Below, piece after piece: positions 1-8,388 of a stretch of 21,087 nt of DNA (within the stretch, counting starts at the first letter, position 1; each line of letters opens with the position of its first letter). Source of the stretch: an uncultured archaeon (GTDB lineage Archaea > Asgardarchaeota > Lokiarchaeia > Sigyniarchaeales > SOKP01); NCBI GenBank assembly GCA_964493715.1, contig CAZBPC010000060.1, positions 1 to 21,087 of the forward strand, given 5' to 3'. A program made the position numbers and the translations under genes. Under the pieces are notes generated by a model. It was not told the origin of the DNA and ran no database searches. It saw nothing but the letters and a program-made list of their open reading frames with translations.

Positions 1-1
1 A

Positions 2-343
2 ATGTTGGAATATTGTAATAAAGTAGCTAACAAAAATCGATGGATTTTAAATAAAGAACAAGAGACTTTAAGCGAATTACTTGATGGTTTGGTTGTGAAT
101 AAAAATAAACAGGGGTACCAATCCTGTCCTTGTCGATTAGCTTCAGGAAATAGGGAGTTGGATAGAGATCTGATATGTCCTTGTGATTATGCACCCTTAG
201 ATGTTAAAGAGCACGGTACTTGTTATTGTAACCTATACATGCGTTCTGATTTTTATGAAACCATTGATAAAGTATTTGTTATAGTGCCAGAACGTAGACC
301 TAAGGAGAAAGAACGAGCCGTTATAGATTTTCTCAATAAATAG
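2..343 (+). CDS. ftrB: Ferredoxin:thioredoxin reductase catalytic (beta) subunit-like protein; may extend 5' beyond the window
   Basis: Diagnostic CPC...CPC...CYC triad (GYQSCPCRLASG, DLICPCDY, GTCYCNLY) and C-terminal PERRP. No C-terminal rubredoxin domain. Confidence 0.9.
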   Translation: MLEYCNKVANKNRWILNKEQETLSELLDGLVVNKNKQGYQSCPCRLASGNRELDRDLICPCDYAPLDVKEHGTCYCNLYMRSDFYETIDKVFVIVPERRPKEKERAVIDFLNK

Positions 344-358
344 ACAAATTACTCATCA

Positions 359-374
359 TTTTTTATTTTATTTT
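359..374 (+). terminator. Possible oligo-T archaeal terminator after the FTR gene
   Basis: T-rich run ttttttattttatttt about 15 nt after the TAG at 343. The AT-rich background weakens the call. Confidence 0.3.
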
Positions 375-442
375 AACAAAAATTTGGATCTCAATAATTC
401 ATAAATGGAATCCTTAAATATTTTCATTACTCATTTATTTAT

Positions 443-601
443 ATGAATGATAAAGAATTGTCTGATGATGAATTAGAGGATGAACTAGAAAAAGCACTAA
501 AAGAAAATGAAGGAAAGCGAGATCATTGTGGAACTGCACTTCCAATTAGCAAGGAAGTTGGTATTCAACGAACTGATGTTAAACTTAAGGAAAAAAAATA
601 A
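443..601 (+). CDS. Small hypothetical protein, 52 aa, absent from the ORF track
   Basis: Read by hand: ATG at 443 to TAA at 599-601, MNDKELSDDELEDELEKALKENEGKRDHCGTALPISKEVGIQRTDVKLKEKK. Purine-rich, coding-like, and fills an otherwise empty gap. Confidence 0.6.
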   Translation: MNDKELSDDELEDELEKALKENEGKRDHCGTALPISKEVGIQRTDVKLKEKK

Positions 602-620
602 GATTTAGATAAGAAAAAGG

Positions 621-1673
621 TTATTTTGTATTTTTTTCTACTATTTTTAGCCTACTTTTTGCCCCAATTTCATTAAATTGACTTGGTTCTATTTCAATAT
701 TTTTTCCTGTCAATGCATTAACTATTGTTGCTGCAAGTATCCCCCAAGGACATATCGAATTAGTTAGTTCTGATGGCTTCATATAAGATCTAACAACAGC
801 AGTAGAACAGTTGATTGATTCAACGCTAAATTCATTTTCAGATATCCAATCGATTTTAAGCTTTTCTGCCATTCCAATATCCTCAAATTTTTGCATCGCA
901 ATCTGCATTGCTTCATTAAGATTATAATTTTTTAATTTTTCTAAATCTAATCCAATATATTTAGAATATCTTTCCAGAAATTGATAGGTTTTTGGAAAAA
1001 CATACTTATAAAGTACAGGAGCTCCAACTAATTCTTTAGCACTTCCTTCATAACCAAAAGTAATTCCATGTAAAATCATTGCTACACCGTGCAGATTAAT
1101 TCTTTTTTTTGAGCTTGCAAACCTCTCTCCCTTAAGTAAAACAAAGAGAAATAGACAAGTTCCAAATAAAAAAGGAATTATAGCAGCCCACAGGAATGTA
1201 TTTGGAATAATATTGAGGGTGATAGGAGAATAATTTATTCTAACAAAATAGTAATTCGTTAGACTTGTCCAATGAGATAAGCTCCAACCTAATACACCGA
1301 TGGGCCCTAAATATTTTCCGTATTGATAAATAACATCTTTTTTATAACGTGCAATTATAAACTTCATAGTTACAAGTACTACTGCAGCAAATCCACCTAT
1401 CCATGAGTGAGCCCAAACTCCTGAAGGCATGTATAATAAGGGATCATTTGCTTGAACATGAACTGCAAACATGTACAAGCATTGGAAAGTTATTATATAG
1501 AAGATTATAACTTCAATTTTTCCAAAAATTTTATGATATTTTATAGTCCTGATGTCTCCTTTAAGATTGTTCAAATCTTTAATATTTGCTAATCCAATTA
1601 ATGCATTAGCAATGACAAAACAATAACCCACCATTGTTTGGAGGATCATTAATTCTAACCATATCGCTAACAT
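621..1673 (-). CDS. Polytopic membrane protein (His-containing, DUF6529/cytochrome b-like N-terminus) fused to a C-terminal V4R-like domain
   Basis: About 5 hydrophobic segments with YHKIFG, WAHSWIGG...K...R and LG...HWTS. Soluble C-terminus has the V4R-type pattern INCS...ICPWG...ALTGKNIEI. Confidence 0.65.
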   Translation of the reverse strand: MLAIWLELMILQTMVGYCFVIANALIGLANIKDLNNLKGDIRTIKYHKIFGKIEVIIFYIITFQCLYMFAVHVQANDPLLYMPSGVWAHSWIGGFAAVVLVTMKFIIARYKKDVIYQYGKYLGPIGVLGWSLSHWTSLTNYYFVRINYSPITLNIIPNTFLWAAIIPFLFGTCLFLFVLLKGERFASSKKRINLHGVAMILHGITFGYEGSAKELVGAPVLYKYVFPKTYQFLERYSKYIGLDLEKLKNYNLNEAMQIAMQKFEDIGMAEKLKIDWISENEFSVESINCSTAVVRSYMKPSELTNSICPWGILAATIVNALTGKNIEIEPSQFNEIGAKSRLKIVEKNTK

Positions 1674-1789
1674 AAAAATTTCACTGAAATTAATTTAATA
1701 ATCAAAATAATGAATTTTTAAAATTATAAATATAACTATTGTAATTTTTAAGTGTTTTATTGTGATAAAAGTTAATATTCGTTCTTTAT

Positions 1790-2893
1790 TTATAATTGCA
1801 TAATGACTGAGAGAATTACCTTCTGTATATCTTCAAAACTAGCAAAATCTCCCGTATTTCCAACTAGAACTAATCCAAATTGGTTGAAATTCATACATAT
1901 AGTTGTTAGTTTTTCTCCTCCAATAATGCAATTAAATAATGTCCTGTTATATACCTCTTTAGATGCTTTTTTTGAAGCTATTAAAAAACTAATGGTTTCG
2001 GGAATAAATTCAGAGTAATCATATGTATTATCTATTATCTTAGCATATTGTATCCTACCATCAATATTAACTATGAAAATTTGCTTAATTTTTTGATGTA
2101 ACTCAATGCTTTTAAAAAGTTGGGGAATTTTATCGGTTTTTTTGAAGAGCTTTTCTTTTTTATTTATGAAATCTTCAGACATTATTTCTTCTTCAAATCT
2201 ACCGTTTAGTTGATATTGTTTCACGATAAGAAGTTTATTTCTTAATTCCACGACAAGAGTATCATTTTGGATCGTATTGAATAGAAACCACCTAATTTCT
2301 TCATTTAGATTTGTGTTGTATAATAAGCGAGCTGAATTTAATAATAAAGGAATTAGATAAATTATTTTCTCTCTATTTAGGTAATGCTTTGCATGAATAT
2401 AAAAAATCTTTCCACCTTTTGGCTCAAGAAATATTATTGATTTTAGTAATTCATTCTTGTTAACGCTTTGAATTGATTCTGCTAAAATGTCTAATCCTAA
2501 TGCCATAATTATTTCTTTTAGTTTTCCATTAAAATTACGGAAGATGGTTATACCCCCATCAAATTCTTGGTTTAATTGATCTTTAAATTCAGTAACAAAC
2601 TGATCCATAACTTCATGGATGAAAAAATGCAAGAGATCAATTAGCTTCTCATTTTTTGTGGTCACGACAAAAGTTAATTTTTGGTAAAACTCATCAAACT
2701 TTTCAAAAATAATTGTGGTTTCTTTTAATTTTAAAGACTTAATATCTTCTCCTCGTTCCACAGTAGCGAAGCTATTTAAAGCTGTTAAAAAACCGCTTAG
2801 TAAATCATCTTTAGCTTCATCAGTATTCGAATCAGAATGCCAATTATATATTAGTGCTCCCGACTCGTTTATTATCAATAAGGCGTCAATCAT
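1790..2893 (-). CDS. Protein with three tandem longin/roadblock (profilin-like fold) domains
   Basis: N-terminus MIDALLIINESGALIY...DLLSGFLTALNSFA...IKSL is typical of Asgard longin-like proteins. Similar opening beta-hairpins recur at LLKSIIFLEPKGGKIFY and IKQIFIVNIDGRIQY. Confidence 0.65.
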   Translation of the reverse strand: MIDALLIINESGALIYNWHSDSNTDEAKDDLLSGFLTALNSFATVERGEDIKSLKLKETTIIFEKFDEFYQKLTFVVTTKNEKLIDLLHFFIHEVMDQFVTEFKDQLNQEFDGGITIFRNFNGKLKEIIMALGLDILAESIQSVNKNELLKSIIFLEPKGGKIFYIHAKHYLNREKIIYLIPLLLNSARLLYNTNLNEEIRWFLFNTIQNDTLVVELRNKLLIVKQYQLNGRFEEEIMSEDFINKKEKLFKKTDKIPQLFKSIELHQKIKQIFIVNIDGRIQYAKIIDNTYDYSEFIPETISFLIASKKASKEVYNRTLFNCIIGGEKLTTICMNFNQFGLVLVGNTGDFASFEDIQKVILSVIMQL

Positions 2894-3006
2894 GTTTAAT
2901 TAATGTAATTCTTAGTTATTAATTAATTCTTTTTTGAAAATATATTATTAACTATGTTTTTATCCTTAAACCCCAATTTTTAATAATTATTATATACTTC
3001 AAATAT

Positions 3007-4002
3007 TTGGTGGAAACAGTGAAAGAAAGGATTAAAGGTCGAAAAAATTACCCTACAGAAGAGGTTGATTCAAGGAATTTTCTTTCTGATGAAAAAATAA
3101 GGAAATTAATACGAACGAAAGAAACTTATAAGTTTAATATGGATGATTATTATAAAATATATAATTGCGTTGATTGTGGGGAATGCGAAACTGAGGAAGA
3201 GAGAATTCAGTTAAAAGAGAAATTTTTAAAAGATGGGAATACTTTTGAAGGGCTAAAGGAACTTCAAGATTGTTTTGAGAAGTATAGAACCCCCTATCCA
3301 TCAAAAAAGATGCGCATACGACGTCCTGACGGAATTCCCGAGAAATCCGATACATTGTATTTTATGGGATGCCTTTCGACTATTAGAATTCCACGATATA
3401 CGGAACATTCCCTTCAGTATTTACTTAAACAAGGTATAGATTTTACCATTTTAGATGAGGAAGTCTGTTGCGGATGGCCATGGTTTGCAAGTGGCTCAAT
3501 GGAGGAGTTTGAAATATGTAAAAAGGAAAATATTGAAATTTTTAACAAGTTTAAGAAAATAATTTGTTTGTGTCCAGCTTGTTATTATCTATTTAATGAA
3601 TATTATCTACCAGAAATGGAAAAAGAAGTGGAATTTGTCTATATCAGCGATTATCTCAGACCATCTGAAAATAAAAAGAAGGGGAAAATAGGAGTGCAAC
3701 ATTTATGTCAATTAATTAACAGAGGAAGAGAAGGAGTTGATATAATGGTTAATAAAATACTCGAAAAAAGCGGATATGTAGTAGAAGATATTCCAATGTG
3801 GTGTTGTGGAGGTGGAATAGGATACATGCATCGCACGGACATTATTGAGGCCATTGCCTACAAGAGAATGGAAGATTTCAACAAACCAGATATTGATTAT
3901 GCTACAACTTACTGTCCCAGTTGTTGGTGGATTTTAGCACGATTTAGTAAAATCTGTAAGATAGAACCAAAAGCTAAGGATATATTCGAATTACTACTTT
4001 AA
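3007..4002 (+). CDS. CCG-domain (HdrB/HdrD/GlpC-like) Fe-S oxidoreductase, paralog 1
   Basis: Two CCG motifs (FMGC...CCG...CPAC and QHLC...CCGGG...CPSC) preceded by CVDCGEC. Start is TTG/GTG and uncertain. Confidence 0.85.
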   Translation: MVETVKERIKGRKNYPTEEVDSRNFLSDEKIRKLIRTKETYKFNMDDYYKIYNCVDCGECETEEERIQLKEKFLKDGNTFEGLKELQDCFEKYRTPYPSKKMRIRRPDGIPEKSDTLYFMGCLSTIRIPRYTEHSLQYLLKQGIDFTILDEEVCCGWPWFASGSMEEFEICKKENIEIFNKFKKIICLCPACYYLFNEYYLPEMEKEVEFVYISDYLRPSENKKKGKIGVQHLCQLINRGREGVDIMVNKILEKSGYVVEDIPMWCCGGGIGYMHRTDIIEAIAYKRMEDFNKPDIDYATTYCPSCWWILARFSKICKIEPKAKDIFELLL

Positions 4003-4010
4003 ATTAAATT

Positions 4011-5003
4011 ATGAAGGAAGATTATGACTGTCCTTGTCAAAAAGTGGACCCTGATAATTTCTTAACAAATCAAGAAGTTTTAAATCTCCTCAAAGAAGCA
4101 AATTCTTATTCATTCAAACAAGAGGATTATTATAAGTTATACAATTGCATTCATTGTGGAGCCTGTGGAATGCAATCTGAACGTTTCTTGCTTAAACAAA
4201 AATTTTTAAAAGATGGTAATAAAATCGATGGATTAAATTCTGCTGTCGAAGCTTTAAAAATATATGGAACGCCATTTACCAAAAATAAAAGCCGAGTCAA
4301 ATTACCTGAAGGAATAAGGAAGGAAAGTAAGACGTTGCTATATTTTGGATGTTTTACAACAGTCAAAACACCTAAATATGCCGAAAATATTGCTCGATAT
4401 TTAATTAAAAAAGATATTGATTTCACTATAATTAACCAAGAATTATGTTGCGGATACCCAATCCTTTGCACTGGTGAACTAAAAACTTACGAACTATTAG
4501 TGGAGAAAAACAAGCAATTTTTCACCCAGAAGGGTTATAAGAAAATAATTACTACTTGTCCTAGTTGTTATATGGTTTTTAAAAAGCATTACAGTGAACT
4601 TGGGATTGAAATCAAGTATTTCACAGAATATTTAACTCATTCAAGTGAAAAAAAATCTGGAAAACTGGTGATTCAACATGCGTGTCCCTTGAAATACATT
4701 GAATTCCCAGAAATAGAGAAATATATAAATGACATTTATATAAAAAGTGGATACTCTATTTTGGACGTAGCCCATAATTGTTGTGGAGGAGGAGTAGGAC
4801 ATCAATTAAGAGTGGATATTGCTGAAAAGATTGCTATTAGAAGGATGGAAGAATTTAAAGAAATTGAAACTAAATCTCCAACTGAAATTTTACAAGGTTT
4901 TATAACGACCTATTGCCCTGATGCTTTTTGGATTTTAAAGTTTTATAGCCGAAAGAAAAAATTTAGATTCAAACTCAAAGATCCATGCGAATTATTATTG
5001 TAA
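4011..5003 (+). CDS. CCG-domain Fe-S oxidoreductase, paralog 2
   Basis: YFGC...CCG...CPSC and QHAC...CCGGG...CPDA, N-terminal CIHCGAC. Colinear with 3007..4002, 8-nt gap. Overlaps the convergent GTPase gene by 9 nt. Confidence 0.85.
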   Translation: MKEDYDCPCQKVDPDNFLTNQEVLNLLKEANSYSFKQEDYYKLYNCIHCGACGMQSERFLLKQKFLKDGNKIDGLNSAVEALKIYGTPFTKNKSRVKLPEGIRKESKTLLYFGCFTTVKTPKYAENIARYLIKKDIDFTIINQELCCGYPILCTGELKTYELLVEKNKQFFTQKGYKKIITTCPSCYMVFKKHYSELGIEIKYFTEYLTHSSEKKSGKLVIQHACPLKYIEFPEIEKYINDIYIKSGYSILDVAHNCCGGGVGHQLRVDIAEKIAIRRMEEFKEIETKSPTEILQGFITTYCPDAFWILKFYSRKKKFRFKLKDPCELLL

Positions 5004-6032
5004 TAGATCATTTGCTATTTTCTTAAAATAAAATTCTATATTGTGTCCAGTTAATGCAGAGGATTCAAAATAATCCACGTCCAATGCTTTTGCAAGTCTA
5101 ATTCCGTCTATTACACTAACAATCCTATCTTTAACTAAGTCTATTTTATTTCCTATGAGATACCCATCAATTTGGGACTTGTTCCCTAAATAATTCAAAA
5201 TATCATCATGCCATTTTGGTATTTTTGCAAAAGATTTTGCATTCGTAAGATCAAATAATAAGATATAAGCACTTGCACCTTCATAAAATTGCTTTCTTAT
5301 TGTTTCAAATTTCTGCTGTCCACCTATATCCCATAATACGAGCTCTAAGGAATTATTATTTATTTGAAATCTTTTTTGGGTAATATTTAAACCCATTGTC
5401 GGAATATAAGCACGTAAAAAAACATTATCAGTAAATCTTAAAATACTGGATGTTTTACCAACGCTCGGATCTCCTAAAATCACTACTTTAAATTTGGATA
5501 GAGGATCTACTTTAGATTCTAGAATTGTTGGAAAACTTTGAGAGCTTTGCGAATTCAATGAAAATTGGCTTTTTGAGTATAAATATTCAGTAGATTCGAT
5601 GAGTGTATCTTTTAACTTGATGACCTCAGTGAAAATCATTTGTTCTTCACTCACATTTGCTTCAAGCTCTTTAATTTTTTTTATTGTATCTGCGAAATAT
5701 GAATCAATATAACTCATATATCTATAAAAAATCACGTCAACTTCTTCAGGAAAAAGAAATATTAGTGCTGATTGGTATGTAATTTCTTGTTCTGACGTTT
5801 TATATTTTTCAAAATATTTAATCAACATTTTTAATTTTAATGAGGGGATTGGAAATACTAAAAGTACTTCGGGTATGAAGCTCATATCGTCAGAAATGAT
5901 AGAACTACATTTCATTCCAATTAATTTTCTCACGTCTTCTGGAAGTTCATGAGGATACCAAAAATTGAACTTTGGTATATTTGATCCATTTAAATCGATG
6001 TAAACTATAGCTGATGAATATGTCGGTATCAT
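4995..6032 (-). CDS. Rab-like small GTPase with an N-terminal uDENN/longin-like domain
   Basis: G1 GDPSVGKTS, G2 YIPTMG, G3 WDIGGQ, G4 NKID, G5 SAL. About 175-aa N-terminal extension. No C-terminal prenylation Cys. Confidence 0.9.
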   Translation of the reverse strand: MIPTYSSAIVYIDLNGSNIPKFNFWYPHELPEDVRKLIGMKCSSIISDDMSFIPEVLLVFPIPSLKLKMLIKYFEKYKTSEQEITYQSALIFLFPEEVDVIFYRYMSYIDSYFADTIKKIKELEANVSEEQMIFTEVIKLKDTLIESTEYLYSKSQFSLNSQSSQSFPTILESKVDPLSKFKVVILGDPSVGKTSSILRFTDNVFLRAYIPTMGLNITQKRFQINNNSLELVLWDIGGQQKFETIRKQFYEGASAYILLFDLTNAKSFAKIPKWHDDILNYLGNKSQIDGYLIGNKIDLVKDRIVSVIDGIRLAKALDVDYFESSALTGHNIEFYFKKIANDLLQ

Positions 6033-6317
6033 TCTTGATTAATACACTTTTGATAATTCTGAAATAATTAATCTGATTAATTTAATACTAGCATATAAAA
6101 GATACCATTCAAATGATATAAACCATGTGATTTAAAGAATTCGGCTTATGATTAAAATTAAGATATTTAAAACGAGATTTATGGTAGTAAAAACTCATTA
6201 GAGCTTTTATTTATCTTAACCTTAATTTTCACTTTTCGATTTTATAATTTAAAGAAAAAACTATTATAAGAGTTGAATTTAATATGAATAATAGAATCAT
6301 TAGAATTGGGTGATGAA

Positions 6318-7010
6318 ATGCTATTCTCAGAAAATGAAATAGAGAATATTAAAATTGAATTGAGTAAATTAAAAGATAGGGTTGTGCTAAAGTTATTCAC
6401 AGACTTTAAAACCCAAGAAGATGGTACAAAAAAAAGAATGTGCATGGCTTGCGAGGGGACGCATAACCTATTAAAAACCCTTTCAGAACTTTCAGATGGA
6501 AAATTGGATCATGAAGAGCTATCAACTGAGGAGAATAAAGAAGAAATAAAACTTTATAACGTGAATCGCATTCCTGCAATACTTTTTGTTGATGAAAATG
6601 GCAAGGAAATTCTTAGATATTCAGCTTATCCCTCGGGATCAGAATTCGTACCTTTCCTTAATAGCATACAGTATTTTTCTGGAGTGAGACCTTTTTATAC
6701 CGATCAAATTCAATCACATCTCAAAAAAATTCCTCAATCAAATATGAAGATTTTTATCACCCCAACGTGTCCATATTGTCCTGCAACAGTACCAGTTGTG
6801 ACTTTATTTGCAATTGTGTCCAAAGGAAAGATAACAGCTGAAGTAATTGATGTAAACTTGAATCCAGATATCGCGATGAAATATCAAGTTCAAGGTGTAC
6901 CTCACACGATAGTGAATGAAAAAGAGAACATTTATGGAATGTTTTCACCTCAAGATTTATTGGATAAATTGACAAAAGGACAAAGAGATTTTGGAGGCAT
7001 GTATGCCTAA
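6318..7010 (+). CDS. Protein-disulfide oxidoreductase (PDO / AhpF N-terminal domain family), copy 1
   Basis: Two thioredoxin folds with CMAC and CPYC, cis-Pro motifs RIP and GVP. ATG at 6318 is preceded by a GGTGA Shine-Dalgarno, so it is preferred over the TTG at 6306. Confidence 0.9.
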   Translation: MLFSENEIENIKIELSKLKDRVVLKLFTDFKTQEDGTKKRMCMACEGTHNLLKTLSELSDGKLDHEELSTEENKEEIKLYNVNRIPAILFVDENGKEILRYSAYPSGSEFVPFLNSIQYFSGVRPFYTDQIQSHLKKIPQSNMKIFITPTCPYCPATVPVVTLFAIVSKGKITAEVIDVNLNPDIAMKYQVQGVPHTIVNEKENIYGMFSPQDLLDKLTKGQRDFGGMYA

Positions 7011-7036
7011 AGAAATTATAAAAGGGGTAGAATAAA

Positions 7037-7720
7037 TTGTCTCAAGATGATAAATATCGAGAAATTATCAAACAAGAAATGGGTAAGCTAAAAAAACCCG
7101 TGAAGTTAAAAGTATTTACATCTCAAAGTGCTCAACCTGATGGAACAAAAATAAGAGCTTGCATGAATTGCAGTCAATTCATGTCTTTATTAAGAGTATA
7201 TGAAGAAAATTCAAATGGCATGTTAACGATTGAAGAATTATCTATTGATGAAAATCCAGAATTTGCAAAACGTTATGATATTCAACGTGTTCCTACTATT
7301 TTGTTTGTAGATGAGAATGGTACCGAATTTATTCGATATTTAGCAGCACCTCAAGGTGCTGAGATCCAACCATTTATCCAAGCGATATTTACATTTGCGG
7401 GGATTCCGAATTATTATGAGGCTACAATTAAACAGAACTTAAATCGAATTGAACCTGCTACAATTAAAGTCATGATAACAAATACTTGCCCATACTGTCC
7501 GTCAGTTGTTTCTATCTGTAATCAATTTGCATTAGCTTCTGGAGGAAAAATAAGGACTATAATTATCGATATTAATGCAAACCAGGACATAGGACAATAT
7601 TATGATGCATCGGGAGTTCCGTATACAATTGTTAATGATCGGAAGACTTTAGTTGGTATGATTGGTCCCAATGAGATTATACGGGAATTAATAGGAGGAA
7701 ACATACACGTCCAGTATTAA
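7037..7720 (+). CDS. PDO family protein, copy 2
   Basis: CMNC and CPYC, RVP/GVP. TTG start with GGGGT SD-like element upstream. Confidence 0.9.
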   Translation: MSQDDKYREIIKQEMGKLKKPVKLKVFTSQSAQPDGTKIRACMNCSQFMSLLRVYEENSNGMLTIEELSIDENPEFAKRYDIQRVPTILFVDENGTEFIRYLAAPQGAEIQPFIQAIFTFAGIPNYYEATIKQNLNRIEPATIKVMITNTCPYCPSVVSICNQFALASGGKIRTIIIDINANQDIGQYYDASGVPYTIVNDRKTLVGMIGPNEIIRELIGGNIHVQY

Positions 7721-7745
7721 AGCGTCATTTTTTAAACTTAATGAA

Positions 7746-8387
7746 GTGAGAAAAGAAATGCCTATATCTTACGTTTTTAATAAAATAATCAATAATGAGA
7801 TGGTAAAACTAACAAAACCAGTAGAGTTATCACTTTTTTTGGATGGTAATGCTGTGGATAATGAGAAGATAAGATCAATACTCAAAATATATGTAGAAAG
7901 TTCTAAGGATTTACTTTCAATCAAGGAGGTCTCTAATCCAATTATTTCTAGGAATTATGATATCAAACACTTCCCTGCCATTTTATTTATTAATACTGAT
8001 GGGAAAGAAATAATTCGCTATTTAGCAAAACCATTTGGTGCTGAAATTCGTCCTTTTATTGAAACATTAATCACGTTTTCAGGGGACCCAAATTATTATG
8101 AATTGGTAATTAAAGAAAATATAGAAAAGATTAAACCTTCAATTATCAAAGTGATGATTACAGATTCTTGTGCATATTGCGCAGAGATAATAACTTTCGT
8201 AAATAAATTCGCAATAGCATCAAATGGTAAAATAAAATCAGTTATCATCGATATCTTGGCACATTCAGACATTAGTGAGTCGTTTGATATTTCAAGCGTT
8301 CCTATTACAGTAATAAATGATAAAAAAACATTTACTGGAATGGTTGGACCAGATGAGGTTATGCAAGAACTGATAGGAGGAAATTGA
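7746..8387 (+). CDS. PDO family protein, copy 3, lacking the N-terminal CxxC
   Basis: Colinear with copy 2 (IIRYLAKPFGAEIRPFI, IKVMITDSCAYC, GMVGPDEV) but only CAYC is retained. Alternative start ATG at 7758. Confidence 0.85.
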   Translation: MRKEMPISYVFNKIINNEMVKLTKPVELSLFLDGNAVDNEKIRSILKIYVESSKDLLSIKEVSNPIISRNYDIKHFPAILFINTDGKEIIRYLAKPFGAEIRPFIETLITFSGDPNYYELVIKENIEKIKPSIIKVMITDSCAYCAEIITFVNKFAIASNGKIKSVIIDILAHSDISESFDISSVPITVINDKKTFTGMVGPDEVMQELIGGN

Positions 8388-8388
8388 A

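Noticed and set aside
1803-2903. Plus-strand ORFs 1803..2018 and 2715..2903
   Set aside because: Antisense shadows of the longin-like gene with no motifs.
3134-4471. Minus-strand ORFs 3134..3355 and 4151..4471
   Set aside because: Antisense to the well-supported CCG genes.
6242-6975. Minus-strand ORFs 6242..6445 and 6757..6975
   Set aside because: Antisense to PDO1, with composition typical of reverse-frame shadows.
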